From contig CAMCUO010000009.1 in NCBI GenBank assembly GCA_945879015.1, forward strand, positions 6,444 through 70,443: a stretch of 64,000 nucleotides of DNA, given 5' to 3'. Shown piece after piece: positions 35,705-43,384 of the stretch (positions are counted from its first letter, which is position 1; the number at the start of each line of letters is the position of its first letter). Under the pieces are notes generated by a model. The model worked only from the letters and a program-made list of their open reading frames with translations, did not search any database and had not been told where the DNA came from. The stretch is from Chitinophaga pinensis (GTDB lineage: Bacteria > Bacteroidota > Bacteroidia > 2-12-FULL-35-15). Position numbers and translations under genes: made by a program.

Positions 35705-36748
35705 TTTTCCAAAATAAGCCATAATCTCATGACGCATCATCCATGCGCCAGTTAATACCATATTCAATATCGATAATGGAATTAATATTTTCCATCCTAA
35801 ATTCATTAATTGATCGTAGCGGAAACGTGGCAATGTCCAACGAACCCACATGAAGAAGAAAATGAATCCTACAATTTTCATGAACAAGAAAACAAATCCT
35901 AAAATGGCTAACCAGTTTGGATCCTGTACCCAGCGACCAATCAGAGGCATATTGTATCCACCAAAATAGAATGTAGAAATTACCGCAGAAGAAATAAACA
36001 TGTTAATGTATTCTGCAAATAAGAACAATCCTAATTTCATAGAACTATATTCTGTGTGATATCCACCCACTAATTCTGTTTCACATTCTGGTAAATCAAA
36101 CGGAGCTCTATTCGTTTCTGCGAAAGCGCAAATAATAAAAATCAAACAACCAAGAGGTTGATATAAAACATTCCAATGCCAAGTAGTTTGTTGTGCAGCA
36201 ATTTCTCCTGTGCTTAATGTTCCGGTTACCATTACTAAAGCAATGATGGAAATTCCCATCGCAACTTCATAGCTAATCATTTGTGATGATGCACGAATTG
36301 CCCCCAACAAAGAATATTTATTATTAGATGCCCAACCACCAATCATAATTCCGTAAACACCTAATGAAAGAACACCAAACAAATAAAGAATTCCAATATT
36401 CACATCTGCAATTTGCATTGGATAATCAACACCACCAATGTTGATTGATTTTCCCCAAGGAATAATTACACCAGTCATACAAGCAGTAAGCATACACAAT
36501 CCCGGACCAATAATAAAAAGCACTTTGTTGGAAACACTTGGAATCATTTCTTCCTTCATGAACATTTTCACTGCATCCGCTAATGGCTGAAGAATTCCGA
36601 AAGGACCAGCTCTATCAGGACCAATACGGTCTTGAAGGAATGCCGCAACTTTACGTTCCATGTATGTGCTATATGTTGCAACCAATAATGTGATTGAAAA
36701 AACAATCAACACTAAAATGGCTTTATATATTAAAAAATTCCACTCCAT
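35702..36748 (-). CDS. nuoH: NADH-quinone oxidoreductase subunit H
   Basis: 348 aa, ND1-like (RKVAAFLQDRIGPDRAGPFGILQPLADAVK). Confidence 0.92.
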   Translation of the reverse strand: MEWNFLIYKAILVLIVFSITLLVATYSTYMERKVAAFLQDRIGPDRAGPFGILQPLADAVKMFMKEEMIPSVSNKVLFIIGPGLCMLTACMTGVIIPWGKSINIGGVDYPMQIADVNIGILYLFGVLSLGVYGIMIGGWASNNKYSLLGAIRASSQMISYEVAMGISIIALVMVTGTLSTGEIAAQQTTWHWNVLYQPLGCLIFIICAFAETNRAPFDLPECETELVGGYHTEYSSMKLGLFLFAEYINMFISSAVISTFYFGGYNMPLIGRWVQDPNWLAILGFVFLFMKIVGFIFFFMWVRWTLPRFRYDQLMNLGWKILIPLSILNMVLTGAWMMRHEIMAYFGK

Positions 36749-36760
36749 AAATTATTTTTT

Positions 36761-36780
36761 CCGTCAGATGAATCAGACGG
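36761..36780. repeat. Degenerate copy of the CCGTCAGA...ACGG hairpin (CCGTCAGATGAATCAGACGG) in the nuoG-nuoH spacer
   Basis: 17/20 identical to 33489-33508, but only a 5-bp stem remains. Confidence 0.6.
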
Positions 36781-36792
36781 CTATGACATTAA

Positions 36793-37785
36793 TTATTTTT
36801 TACTTGCTATTTGTTTTTGTTGTTTACCAATATCCAATTTCAATTGCGCTAAATTTTCATAATGATTTTGAGAAATTACAGAATGGCGACTGATGTGAGA
36901 TGGTTTTTCTATCACCCAATCTTTCGCATCTTTTTTCTCAAAACGACAATCGTTACAAATCCAATCGATTGCTTCGCCCCACTGATCTTTGCGAGAAGTC
37001 ACACGTAACACTTCGTTTCCTTTCATCCAAATAGCAACTTTGCCTGAACACTTTGTACAATTACGATGAGCATCCATTGGTTTAGTAAACCAAACACGAC
37101 TCTTGAAGCGCCATGTTCTATCGGTTAATGCGCCAACTGGACAAACATCAATTACGTTTCCAGAGAAATCGTTATCGATTGCTTTCTCGATGTATGTGCT
37201 GATTTCAGAAGCATCGCCACGGAACAACATTCCTTGGAAACGGTTATTTGTAATTTGATCGGCCACTTTAATGCAACGGAAACACATGATACAACGAGTC
37301 ATGTGTAATTTGATGTAAGGACCAATATCTATTTGAGCAAAAGTTCTTCTTGAAAAATCGTAACGTGTTTTTGCTAATCCGTGTTCGTAGCCTAAATCTT
37401 GTAAATGACATTCACCTGCTTGATCGCAGATTGGACAATCTAATGGATGATTGATTAATAAAAATTCAACAACCCCTTTGCGAGCTTCTAACAATTCTGG
37501 AGAAGTGATATTTACTACTTCCATTCCATCCATCACATTTGTTCTGCAAGATGCAACAGGCTTTGGCATTGGACGAGGATCTTTTTCAGAACCTTTTGTT
37601 ACTTTCACAATACAAGTACGACAATATCCACCACTCGTTTTTAATTTCGAATAATAACACATTGTAGGAGGTGCAATTTTTGCATCCACCTCAGGATTTT
37701 TATCTACAAGCATACGTGCTGCTTGCAAGATGGTTGTTCCATCAGGCACTTCTATTGTATGTCCGTCTATCGTTACTTTAGCCAT
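36793..37785 (-). CDS. nuoG: NADH-quinone oxidoreductase subunit G, short form (Fe-S domains only)
   Basis: 330 aa with 2Fe-2S (CYYSKLKTSGGYCRTC) and 4Fe-4S (HPLDCPICDQAGEC, CIMCFRC) cysteine motifs. It has no molybdopterin-like C-terminal domain. Confidence 0.88.
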   Translation of the reverse strand: MAKVTIDGHTIEVPDGTTILQAARMLVDKNPEVDAKIAPPTMCYYSKLKTSGGYCRTCIVKVTKGSEKDPRPMPKPVASCRTNVMDGMEVVNITSPELLEARKGVVEFLLINHPLDCPICDQAGECHLQDLGYEHGLAKTRYDFSRRTFAQIDIGPYIKLHMTRCIMCFRCIKVADQITNNRFQGMLFRGDASEISTYIEKAIDNDFSGNVIDVCPVGALTDRTWRFKSRVWFTKPMDAHRNCTKCSGKVAIWMKGNEVLRVTSRKDQWGEAIDWICNDCRFEKKDAKDWVIEKPSHISRHSVISQNHYENLAQLKLDIGKQQKQIASKK

Positions 37786-37786
37786 T

Positions 37787-39130
37787 TTATGCTCCTGCTA
37801 ATTGATGTACACTATAATAATGTTTAACGTCTTTAATTTTTTCTGGATGATTGATGTATTCTTCAAACTCCGCACGGAAGTGACGAATAGCACTTGCCAC
37901 AGGCCACGCAGCTGCATCACCTAATGGACAAATTGTATTCCCTTCAATTTTTCTTTGAATATCCCAAAGCAAATCAATATCACTTGGCTTACCATGTCCT
38001 TCAACAATACGGTGAAGAATTTTTTCCATCCAACCTGTTCCTTCACGACAAGGAGAACATTGTCCGCAACTTTCATGATGATAGAAACGAGCAAATGTGT
38101 AAAGATTTTTTACGATGCTCGTTGTTTCATCATACACAATGAATCCACCTGAACCCAACATTGTTCCTGTTGCAAATCCACCTTCACTTAATGATTCGTA
38201 CGACATCAAACGCGGTTCGCCTTTGTCGTTTTTCAAAATTAATTCTGCTGGTAAAATAGGAACAGAAGAACCTCCAGCAACAACTGCTTTTAGTTTTCGT
38301 CCGTTAATAATTCCACCGCAATATTCTTCCGAGTATATAAATTCTTCAACAGGTAATCCCAATTCAATTTCGTAAACACCAGGTTTATTAATGTGTCCAG
38401 ATGCTGAAATTAATTTTGTTCCTGTGCTTCTTCCAATTCCGATTTTTGCATATTCGTCTCCACCCATCATGATGATTGGACAAACAGTTGCAATTGTTTC
38501 CACGTTATTTACAACAGTCGGACAGCCCCATACACCAGCGATTGCCGGGAATGGTGGTTTGATACGCGGGTTTCCACGTTTTCCTTCTAATGATTCTAAC
38601 AATGCTGTTTCTTCACCACAGATGTATGCACCTCCACCCACTTGCACGTAGCAGTCGTGTGAGAAATCTGATCCTAAAATATTTTTTCCTAATAATCCAG
38701 CAGCGTATGCTTCATCTAAGGCTTTCTCTAAAATTCTTGCAACATAAAAATATTCTCCACGGATATAGATGTAAGATGTTTTTGCTCCTAATGCATAAGA
38801 CGAAGTGATCATTCCTTCAATCAATAAATGAGGAATTACTTCCATCAAGTAACGATCTTTGAATGTTCCCGGTTCCGATTCATCAGCATTACAAACTAAG
38901 TAACGCTCAACACCTTCTGGTCGTGCAAGGAAACTCCATTTCATTCCTGTTGGGAAACCTGCACCACCACGCCCTCTTAATCCTGATTTTTTTACTTCTT
39001 CCAACACTTCAGGAGGAGTCATTGTTTTCAATGCTTTTTCTACTGATGCGTAACCGCCATGTTGACGATACACTTCAAGTGTTGCGATTCCCGGAACTTT
39101 GTCGTTATGAATTAATAATTTCTTCCCCAT
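37787..39130 (-). CDS. nuoF: NADH-quinone oxidoreductase subunit F
   Basis: GLRGRGGAGFPTG (FMN/NADH site) and ESCGQCSPCREG (4Fe-4S). Confidence 0.93.
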   Translation of the reverse strand: MGKKLLIHNDKVPGIATLEVYRQHGGYASVEKALKTMTPPEVLEEVKKSGLRGRGGAGFPTGMKWSFLARPEGVERYLVCNADESEPGTFKDRYLMEVIPHLLIEGMITSSYALGAKTSYIYIRGEYFYVARILEKALDEAYAAGLLGKNILGSDFSHDCYVQVGGGAYICGEETALLESLEGKRGNPRIKPPFPAIAGVWGCPTVVNNVETIATVCPIIMMGGDEYAKIGIGRSTGTKLISASGHINKPGVYEIELGLPVEEFIYSEEYCGGIINGRKLKAVVAGGSSVPILPAELILKNDKGEPRLMSYESLSEGGFATGTMLGSGGFIVYDETTSIVKNLYTFARFYHHESCGQCSPCREGTGWMEKILHRIVEGHGKPSDIDLLWDIQRKIEGNTICPLGDAAAWPVASAIRHFRAEFEEYINHPEKIKDVKHYYSVHQLAGA

Positions 39131-39672
39131 TACAAAGTATTTTTATAATCCATGTCTGTGTAACTTCTTCTTTTTCCAGCAGCACGATAATCTTCTAGTA
39201 ATTTATCTACTTTTTCAAGAGTTAAATTTTCGTGATACGATGCCCCGCATTGCAATAATGGTGCTGTTCCGCAACTTCCTAAACATTCTACTGTTTTAAT
39301 AGTGAACATTCCGTCTTTCGTTGTTTCTCCTTCTTTGATTCCTAATTTTTTCTCTAAGTGCTTAACAACATCTTCAGCTCCACGTGTCCAGCACGATGAC
39401 GTACGACATACTTCCAACAAACATTTTCCAACCGGTTTTAAATTATACATCGAATAAAAAGATGCTACTTCATAAACTTCAATTGGTTTGATGTTTAAAA
39501 CTGAAGCAACGTAATCCATTGTTTCCGGACTTAACCAGCCGCCAAATTCAGCCTGAGCAATGTGCAGAATCGGAAGCAATGCCGACTTGTGTTTGCCTTC
39601 AGGATAACGCTTGATCATCTTGTGAACCAAGGCAAGCGTTTCTTCGTTAAATTTTATTTCTACTTGTGCCAC
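39130..39672 (-). CDS. nuoE: NADH-quinone oxidoreductase subunit E
   Basis: 180 aa, 2Fe-2S thioredoxin-like (CRTSSC...CLGSCGTAP). GTG start; 1-nt overlap with nuoF. Confidence 0.9.
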   Translation of the reverse strand: MAQVEIKFNEETLALVHKMIKRYPEGKHKSALLPILHIAQAEFGGWLSPETMDYVASVLNIKPIEVYEVASFYSMYNLKPVGKCLLEVCRTSSCWTRGAEDVVKHLEKKLGIKEGETTKDGMFTIKTVECLGSCGTAPLLQCGASYHENLTLEKVDKLLEDYRAAGKRRSYTDMDYKNTL

Positions 39673-39716
39673 TAATTATAATTTATTTTTAATAATAGTC
39701 ACTCTCTTCCTTAACA

Positions 39717-39762
39717 CCTCATCCGTCCGCCCTTGCGGACACCTTCTCCAAAATGGAGAAGG
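39717..39762. repeat. Double-hairpin REP-like element, copy B (nuoD-nuoE spacer)
   Basis: CCTCATCCGTCCGCCCTTGCGGACACCTTCTCCAAAATGGAGAAGG. It has the same order and orientation as copy A (25872-25919) and begins 27 nt past the nuoD stop codon. Confidence 0.8.
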
Positions 39763-39788
39763 GAAATCGCTCCGTTTGTTTATTTATC

Positions 39789-41006
39789 CTATGCGTCTAA
39801 TTCTCCAGCAATCACATTCATACTACTCATTGTTAAAATTGCATCAGAAAGCATTCCGCCTCTGATCATTTCTGCGTAAGCTTGATAATAAATAAAACAC
39901 GGTCTGCGCATATGCAAACGATAAGGTGTTCTTCCTCCATCACTAATTAAGTAGTAACCTAATTCTCCGTTACCACCTTCTACTGCATGATATACTTCTC
40001 CTTTCGGAATTTCTGTTTCACCCATCACAATTTTAAAGTGATAGATTAATGCTTCCATATTATTGTATACTTCTTCTTTCGGAGGAAGGAAAAATTCAGG
40101 AACATCAGCATGAAAAATTCCAGCAGGTTCTTTTTTTATTTTTGCAATTGCTTGATGAATAATTTTTACACTCTCCCACATTTCTTGTTGACGCACCATA
40201 AAACGATCGTAAGTGTCGCCTTGTGTTCCAACAGGAATAATAAAATCAAAATCTTCGTAAGAGCAATATGGATTCATTACACGAACATCATAATCAACTC
40301 CAGCCGCACGTAAATTCGGACCAGAGAAACTATAATTCAATGCACGCTCTGCAGTTATTGGTCCGCAGTTAATTGTGCGATCCATAAAAATTCTGTTTCT
40401 CATTAAAAGATTTTCGAATTCTTTTAATGCAGAAGGAAAGTCAATTAAAAATTTATCTAATAAGTCCCAAGCTTTCGGGGTAAAATCTCTTTCTAATCCA
40501 CCTATGCGACCAATGTTAGTTGTTAAACGTGCTCCACATAATTCTTCATAGATATCATAAATACGTTCACGCATTTGGAAGATGTATAAGAAGCCGGTCA
40601 TTGCACCTGTATCCACACCAATAACAGAATTACAAATAACGTGATCAGAAATTCTTGCTAATTCCATAATGATAACGCGCATATATTGTACACGTTTGGG
40701 AATTTCAATTCCCAATAATTTTTCTACTGTCATGTGCCAACCCATGTTGTTGATTGGCGATGAACAATAATTTAAACGATCGGTGATTGGAGTGATTTGA
40801 TAGTATGGTCTGCGCTCAGCTAATTTTTCGAATGCACGGTGAATGTATCCGACAGTTGCTTCGGAATCCATAATTATTTCGCCATCCATTTTCAACACGT
40901 TCTGAAAAATACCGTGTGTCGCGGGATGCGTTGGCCCTAAGTTAAGAGTGGAGTATTCTGTCTCTATTAACTCTTGATTTGTATTTGTATTTTTTTCTTT
41001 GCTCAT
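39789..41006 (-). CDS. nuoD: NADH-quinone oxidoreductase subunit D
   Basis: LNLGPTHPATHG hallmark. I prefer the ATG at 41006 (MSKEKNTNTN), because the longer track ORF reads through the repeat arm at 41018-41049. Confidence 0.92.
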   Translation of the reverse strand: MSKEKNTNTNQELIETEYSTLNLGPTHPATHGIFQNVLKMDGEIIMDSEATVGYIHRAFEKLAERRPYYQITPITDRLNYCSSPINNMGWHMTVEKLLGIEIPKRVQYMRVIIMELARISDHVICNSVIGVDTGAMTGFLYIFQMRERIYDIYEELCGARLTTNIGRIGGLERDFTPKAWDLLDKFLIDFPSALKEFENLLMRNRIFMDRTINCGPITAERALNYSFSGPNLRAAGVDYDVRVMNPYCSYEDFDFIIPVGTQGDTYDRFMVRQQEMWESVKIIHQAIAKIKKEPAGIFHADVPEFFLPPKEEVYNNMEALIYHFKIVMGETEIPKGEVYHAVEGGNGELGYYLISDGGRTPYRLHMRRPCFIYYQAYAEMIRGGMLSDAILTMSSMNVIAGELDA

Positions 41007-41017
41007 TAGCCTCTTTA

Positions 41018-41463
41018 AGTCAAAAGTTTTAAAGTCAAAAGTCAAAAAGACTTTATCTTATTTTTTTAAGTTAATAATTATTGTTCCAAGAACTTTTGAA
41101 ATTTCTAATAATTCACTTTTATCGTTTTTCATTAAACTAATATCTAAATCATATCCCTCTTCAATTGTTTCCATCCAAAAATCTGTTTCATTTGCTGAAC
41201 GTAAAGCAATTTCATAATACCTTATCAACTCCCTTTTTGAACTACTCGCTTTTCCTTCTCTAACATTTGCTCCCACCGATGTGCCGCTTCGCAATATTTG
41301 ATCTCTTAAAGAATATTCAACGCCCTGAACTTTTAATTCAAGTACTAACTTAATTATTCTAACCGCAAACTTCTTTGTCCTAACACGAATGTCCTTATCG
41401 TATTCCATAAATCCCTTCAACCATCAAAAGCTTTTTTGACTTTTGACTTTCTCTCTTTTAACT
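41018..41463 (-). mobile_element. IVS-like cassette 2: intact four-helix-bundle gene bracketed by a bipartite inverted repeat, filling the nuoC-nuoD spacer
   Basis: Long arms: AGTCAAAAGTCAAAAA (41033-41048) and TTTTTGACTTTTGACT (41433-41448), 16 perfect pairs. Short arms: AGTCAAAAG (41018-41026) and CTTTTAACT (41455-41463), 8 pairs plus one position that is G.U in the minus (mRNA) sense. A 6-nt unpaired spacer lies on each side. Confidence 0.5.
41058..41420 (-). CDS. Four-helix-bundle protein (23S rRNA intervening-sequence protein family, PF05635/TIGR02436-like)
   Basis: 120 aa. RTKKFAVRIIKLVLEL...LRDQILRSGTSVGANVREGKASSSKRELIRYYEIALRSANETDFWMETI matches the family pattern (KFA..I..L....L..Q.LRS.TSIGAN..E...A.S..DFI.K..IALKEA.ET.YWL), recalled from memory. 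Confidence 0.8.
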   Translation of the reverse strand: MKGFMEYDKDIRVRTKKFAVRIIKLVLELKVQGVEYSLRDQILRSGTSVGANVREGKASSSKRELIRYYEIALRSANETDFWMETIEEGYDLDISLMKNDKSELLEISKVLGTIIINLKK

Positions 41464-41467
41464 TTAT

Positions 41468-41977
41468 TTATCTTCCAAACATTTTATCATCTTTATCTTC
41501 ACGTGTTCCATCTTCCAATGCATATTCTTTTCTCATTGGGAAATATCCCAAATCATCCATATTTAAAATGCGTTTTAAGTTTGGATGTCCTCTAAAAATT
41601 ATTCCGTAAAAATCATACTCCTGTCGTTCCATCCAATTAGCAGCAGAAAACACAGGTGTTAATGAAGGAACATTTACATCGCTAGTGCTGAAAAATATTT
41701 TTATTCTGATTCTTAAATTTTTTGGAAGGTTGTGTAATTGATACATCACAGCAAATTCTTGTCCTGCATTATCAGGATAATGAATTGTTGCCATGGTTGT
41801 TAAATATTGAAAAGCTAGCTCTTCATCTTTGTAAAGAAAATCAGCTACATCACAAATGATATCACGCTTCACAACAAACTCAGGATAATCAACATTCATT
41901 TTAGATGAAATAAATCCATCTCCGAATTGAGCTTTTAATTTGTTTTCTACTAAGGTTAATAATGCTTGTGTTTCCAT
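41468..41977 (-). CDS. nuoC: NADH-quinone oxidoreductase subunit C
   Basis: 169 aa: ERQEYDFYGIIFRGHPNLKRIL. Confidence 0.92.
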   Translation of the reverse strand: METQALLTLVENKLKAQFGDGFISSKMNVDYPEFVVKRDIICDVADFLYKDEELAFQYLTTMATIHYPDNAGQEFAVMYQLHNLPKNLRIRIKIFFSTSDVNVPSLTPVFSAANWMERQEYDFYGIIFRGHPNLKRILNMDDLGYFPMRKEYALEDGTREDKDDKMFGR

Positions 41978-41984
41978 GGTCTCA

Positions 41985-42017
41985 CCCCCAACCCCTCTCC
42001 TTGTTCAAGGAGAGGGG
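41985..42017. repeat. C-rich leader plus 11-bp hairpin (CCCCCAA-CCCCTCTCCTT-GTTC-AAGGAGAGGGG) just upstream of the nuoC start codon
   Basis: Read directly. A related, shorter element is at 42696-42720. Confidence 0.75.
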
Positions 42018-42066
42018 GGAAGAATTCGTTTTAGTTATATGATATATTTTCTATTCTCAATTTTTG

Positions 42067-42087
42067 CTTTTGACTTTTGACTTTTTT
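42067..42087. repeat. Solo extra copy of the cassette-2 right arm (CTTTTGACTTTTGACTTTTTT) in the nuoB-nuoC spacer
   Basis: It contains TTTTGACTTTTGACT, complementary to 41033-41047, in the same orientation as the arm at 41433-41448. Confidence 0.75.
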
Positions 42088-42101
42088 CCCTTTTGATTTA
42101 T

Positions 42102-42662
42102 TTATTCCATTCCGTATTTATTCAACAACGCTTTATATTCAGGAGAATCTCTTCTTCTGATAGATTCTGACTCCACTAATTTTTGAATTTGTAAAATTCC
42201 GTCTAATACTTGTTCAGGGCGAGGAGGACAACCAGGAATGTAAACATCTACTGGAATAACTCTATCAATTCCTTGAAGAACGCTGTATGTATCAAAAATT
42301 CCACCGCTAGAAGCACATGCGCCCATTGATAAAACCCATTTAGGCTCTGCCATTTGTTCGTATACTTGTTTTAGTACCGGAGCCATTTTTTTAGAGATGG
42401 TTCCCATTACCATTAATAAATCTGCTTGACGAGGAGAGAAACTTAAACGTTCAGCTCCGAAACGACCTAAATCGTAAGTAGAAGCCATGGTTGCCATAAA
42501 TTCGATTCCGCAACAAGAAGTAGCAAACGGCAAAGGCCACAATGAATTTGCACGTGCCATACCAACTACCTTATCAATACGTGTAGCAAAAAATCCTGGC
42601 CCTTCAATTCCCGGAGGAGCATCAGCATCTAATTCTATTTTTGATTTTTCTTTTGTACTCAT
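42102..42662 (-). CDS. nuoB: NADH-quinone oxidoreductase subunit B
   Basis: [26 protein letters not shown] prefer the ATG at 42662 (MSTKEK); the track start at 42680 is TTG. Confidence 0.92.
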   Translation of the reverse strand: MSTKEKSKIELDADAPPGIEGPGFFATRIDKVVGMARANSLWPLPFATSCCGIEFMATMASTYDLGRFGAERLSFSPRQADLLMVMGTISKKMAPVLKQVYEQMAEPKWVLSMGACASSGGIFDTYSVLQGIDRVIPVDVYIPGCPPRPEQVLDGILQIQKLVESESIRRRDSPEYKALLNKYGME

Positions 42663-42695
42663 TATGTTTTTCGCTTTCAATGAAGATCTTTTAAT

Positions 42696-42720
42696 CCCCC
42701 CAACCCCCTTTTTAAGGGGG
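42696..42720. repeat. C-rich leader plus 7-bp hairpin (CCCCCCAA-CCCCCTT-TTT-AAGGGGG) upstream of nuoB
   Basis: It shares the CCCCCAACCCC leader with 41985-42017. Confidence 0.7.
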
Positions 42721-42758
42721 AATTTGTTCTAACAATAATTTTATTGCAATTTACACAG

Positions 42759-42793
42759 ATTCGTAATATTCGTTTTAATTCGTTATCCGTAAC
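42759..42793. repeat. ATTCGT-word repeat ATTCGTAATATTCGTTTTAATTCGTTATCCGTAAC, abutting the nuoA stop
   Basis: Near-identical to 1129-1160, apart from one substitution in each of the first and last words and small indels. Confidence 0.8.
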
Positions 42794-43171
42794 CTATTCC
42801 CATTTTAGCGCACCCTTTTTCAGGATGTAATAAAATCCAACTAATAAAAAGCCTACAAACGTTAGCATTTCTACAAATCCTGCTAATCCTAATTCCTTAA
42901 AATTTACTGCCCATGGATACATAAAAATCACCTCCACATCAAACAGTACAAATAAAATTGCGATTAAAAAGTATTTGATTGAAAAAGGTAAACGCGCATT
43001 GCCTTGTACCTCAATACCACACTCAAATGTTTCTGATTTAATTTTTGATTTCTTTTTTGGTCCAAGCTGATGAGTAAGGAACAACATGAACATTACAAAA
43101 CCAATAGCAACCAAAAACATTAAAGCAATAGGGAGAAAATCTACAGGAGCACTTTGTACAGATAAAAGCAT
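42794..43171 (-). CDS. nuoA: NADH-quinone oxidoreductase subunit A
   Basis: ND3-like: FECGIE...FSIKYFLIAILFVLFDVEVIFMYPW. I prefer the ATG at 43171 (MLLSVQSAP). Confidence 0.9.
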   Translation of the reverse strand: MLLSVQSAPVDFLPIALMFLVAIGFVMFMLFLTHQLGPKKKSKIKSETFECGIEVQGNARLPFSIKYFLIAILFVLFDVEVIFMYPWAVNFKELGLAGFVEMLTFVGFLLVGFYYILKKGALKWE

Positions 43172-43331
43172 ATAAATAGGTTTTTCTTTTCGAATCAATT
43201 TTAGGTATTTTTTTTGAAATAACCCAAATTTTGCGAACAAATTTAGTGTTTTATAGATAGGAGAATATACTAATTTGATTATTTAGACAGAATACATTTT
43301 ATTCCCGCTGAAACACAGAGGACTATAAATA

Positions 43332-43360
43332 AAAAATCCCACCTCATTTGCTGAGACGGG
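43332..43360 (-). terminator. Probable terminator after the giant adhesin gene
   Basis: The minus-sense reading CCCGTCTCAGCAAATGAGGTGGG forms an imperfect stem, followed by ATTTTTTATTT. Confidence 0.5.
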
Positions 43361-43384
43361 ACTTCTATTCTTTTATTATCTTGA

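Noticed and set aside
36793-37785. Short NuoG (330 aa) as a truncation or pseudogene
   Set aside because: All the Fe-S cysteine motifs are intact, and the gene is tightly coupled to nuoF (1-nt gap). To my recollection short NuoG forms are normal in Bacteroidota Complex I operons.
41007-41045. N-terminal extensions of the nuoD (to 41045) and nuoI (to 35177) track ORFs
   Set aside because: The extensions read through the inverted-repeat arms and add non-conserved residues ahead of good internal ATG starts (41006 and 35135). I treated them as non-coding repeat sequence.
42487-42732. 81-aa plus-strand ORF overlapping nuoB and the C-rich hairpin
   Set aside because: It is antisense to nuoB. Its C-terminus (PPTPFLRGN) is a translation of the C-rich hairpin repeat.
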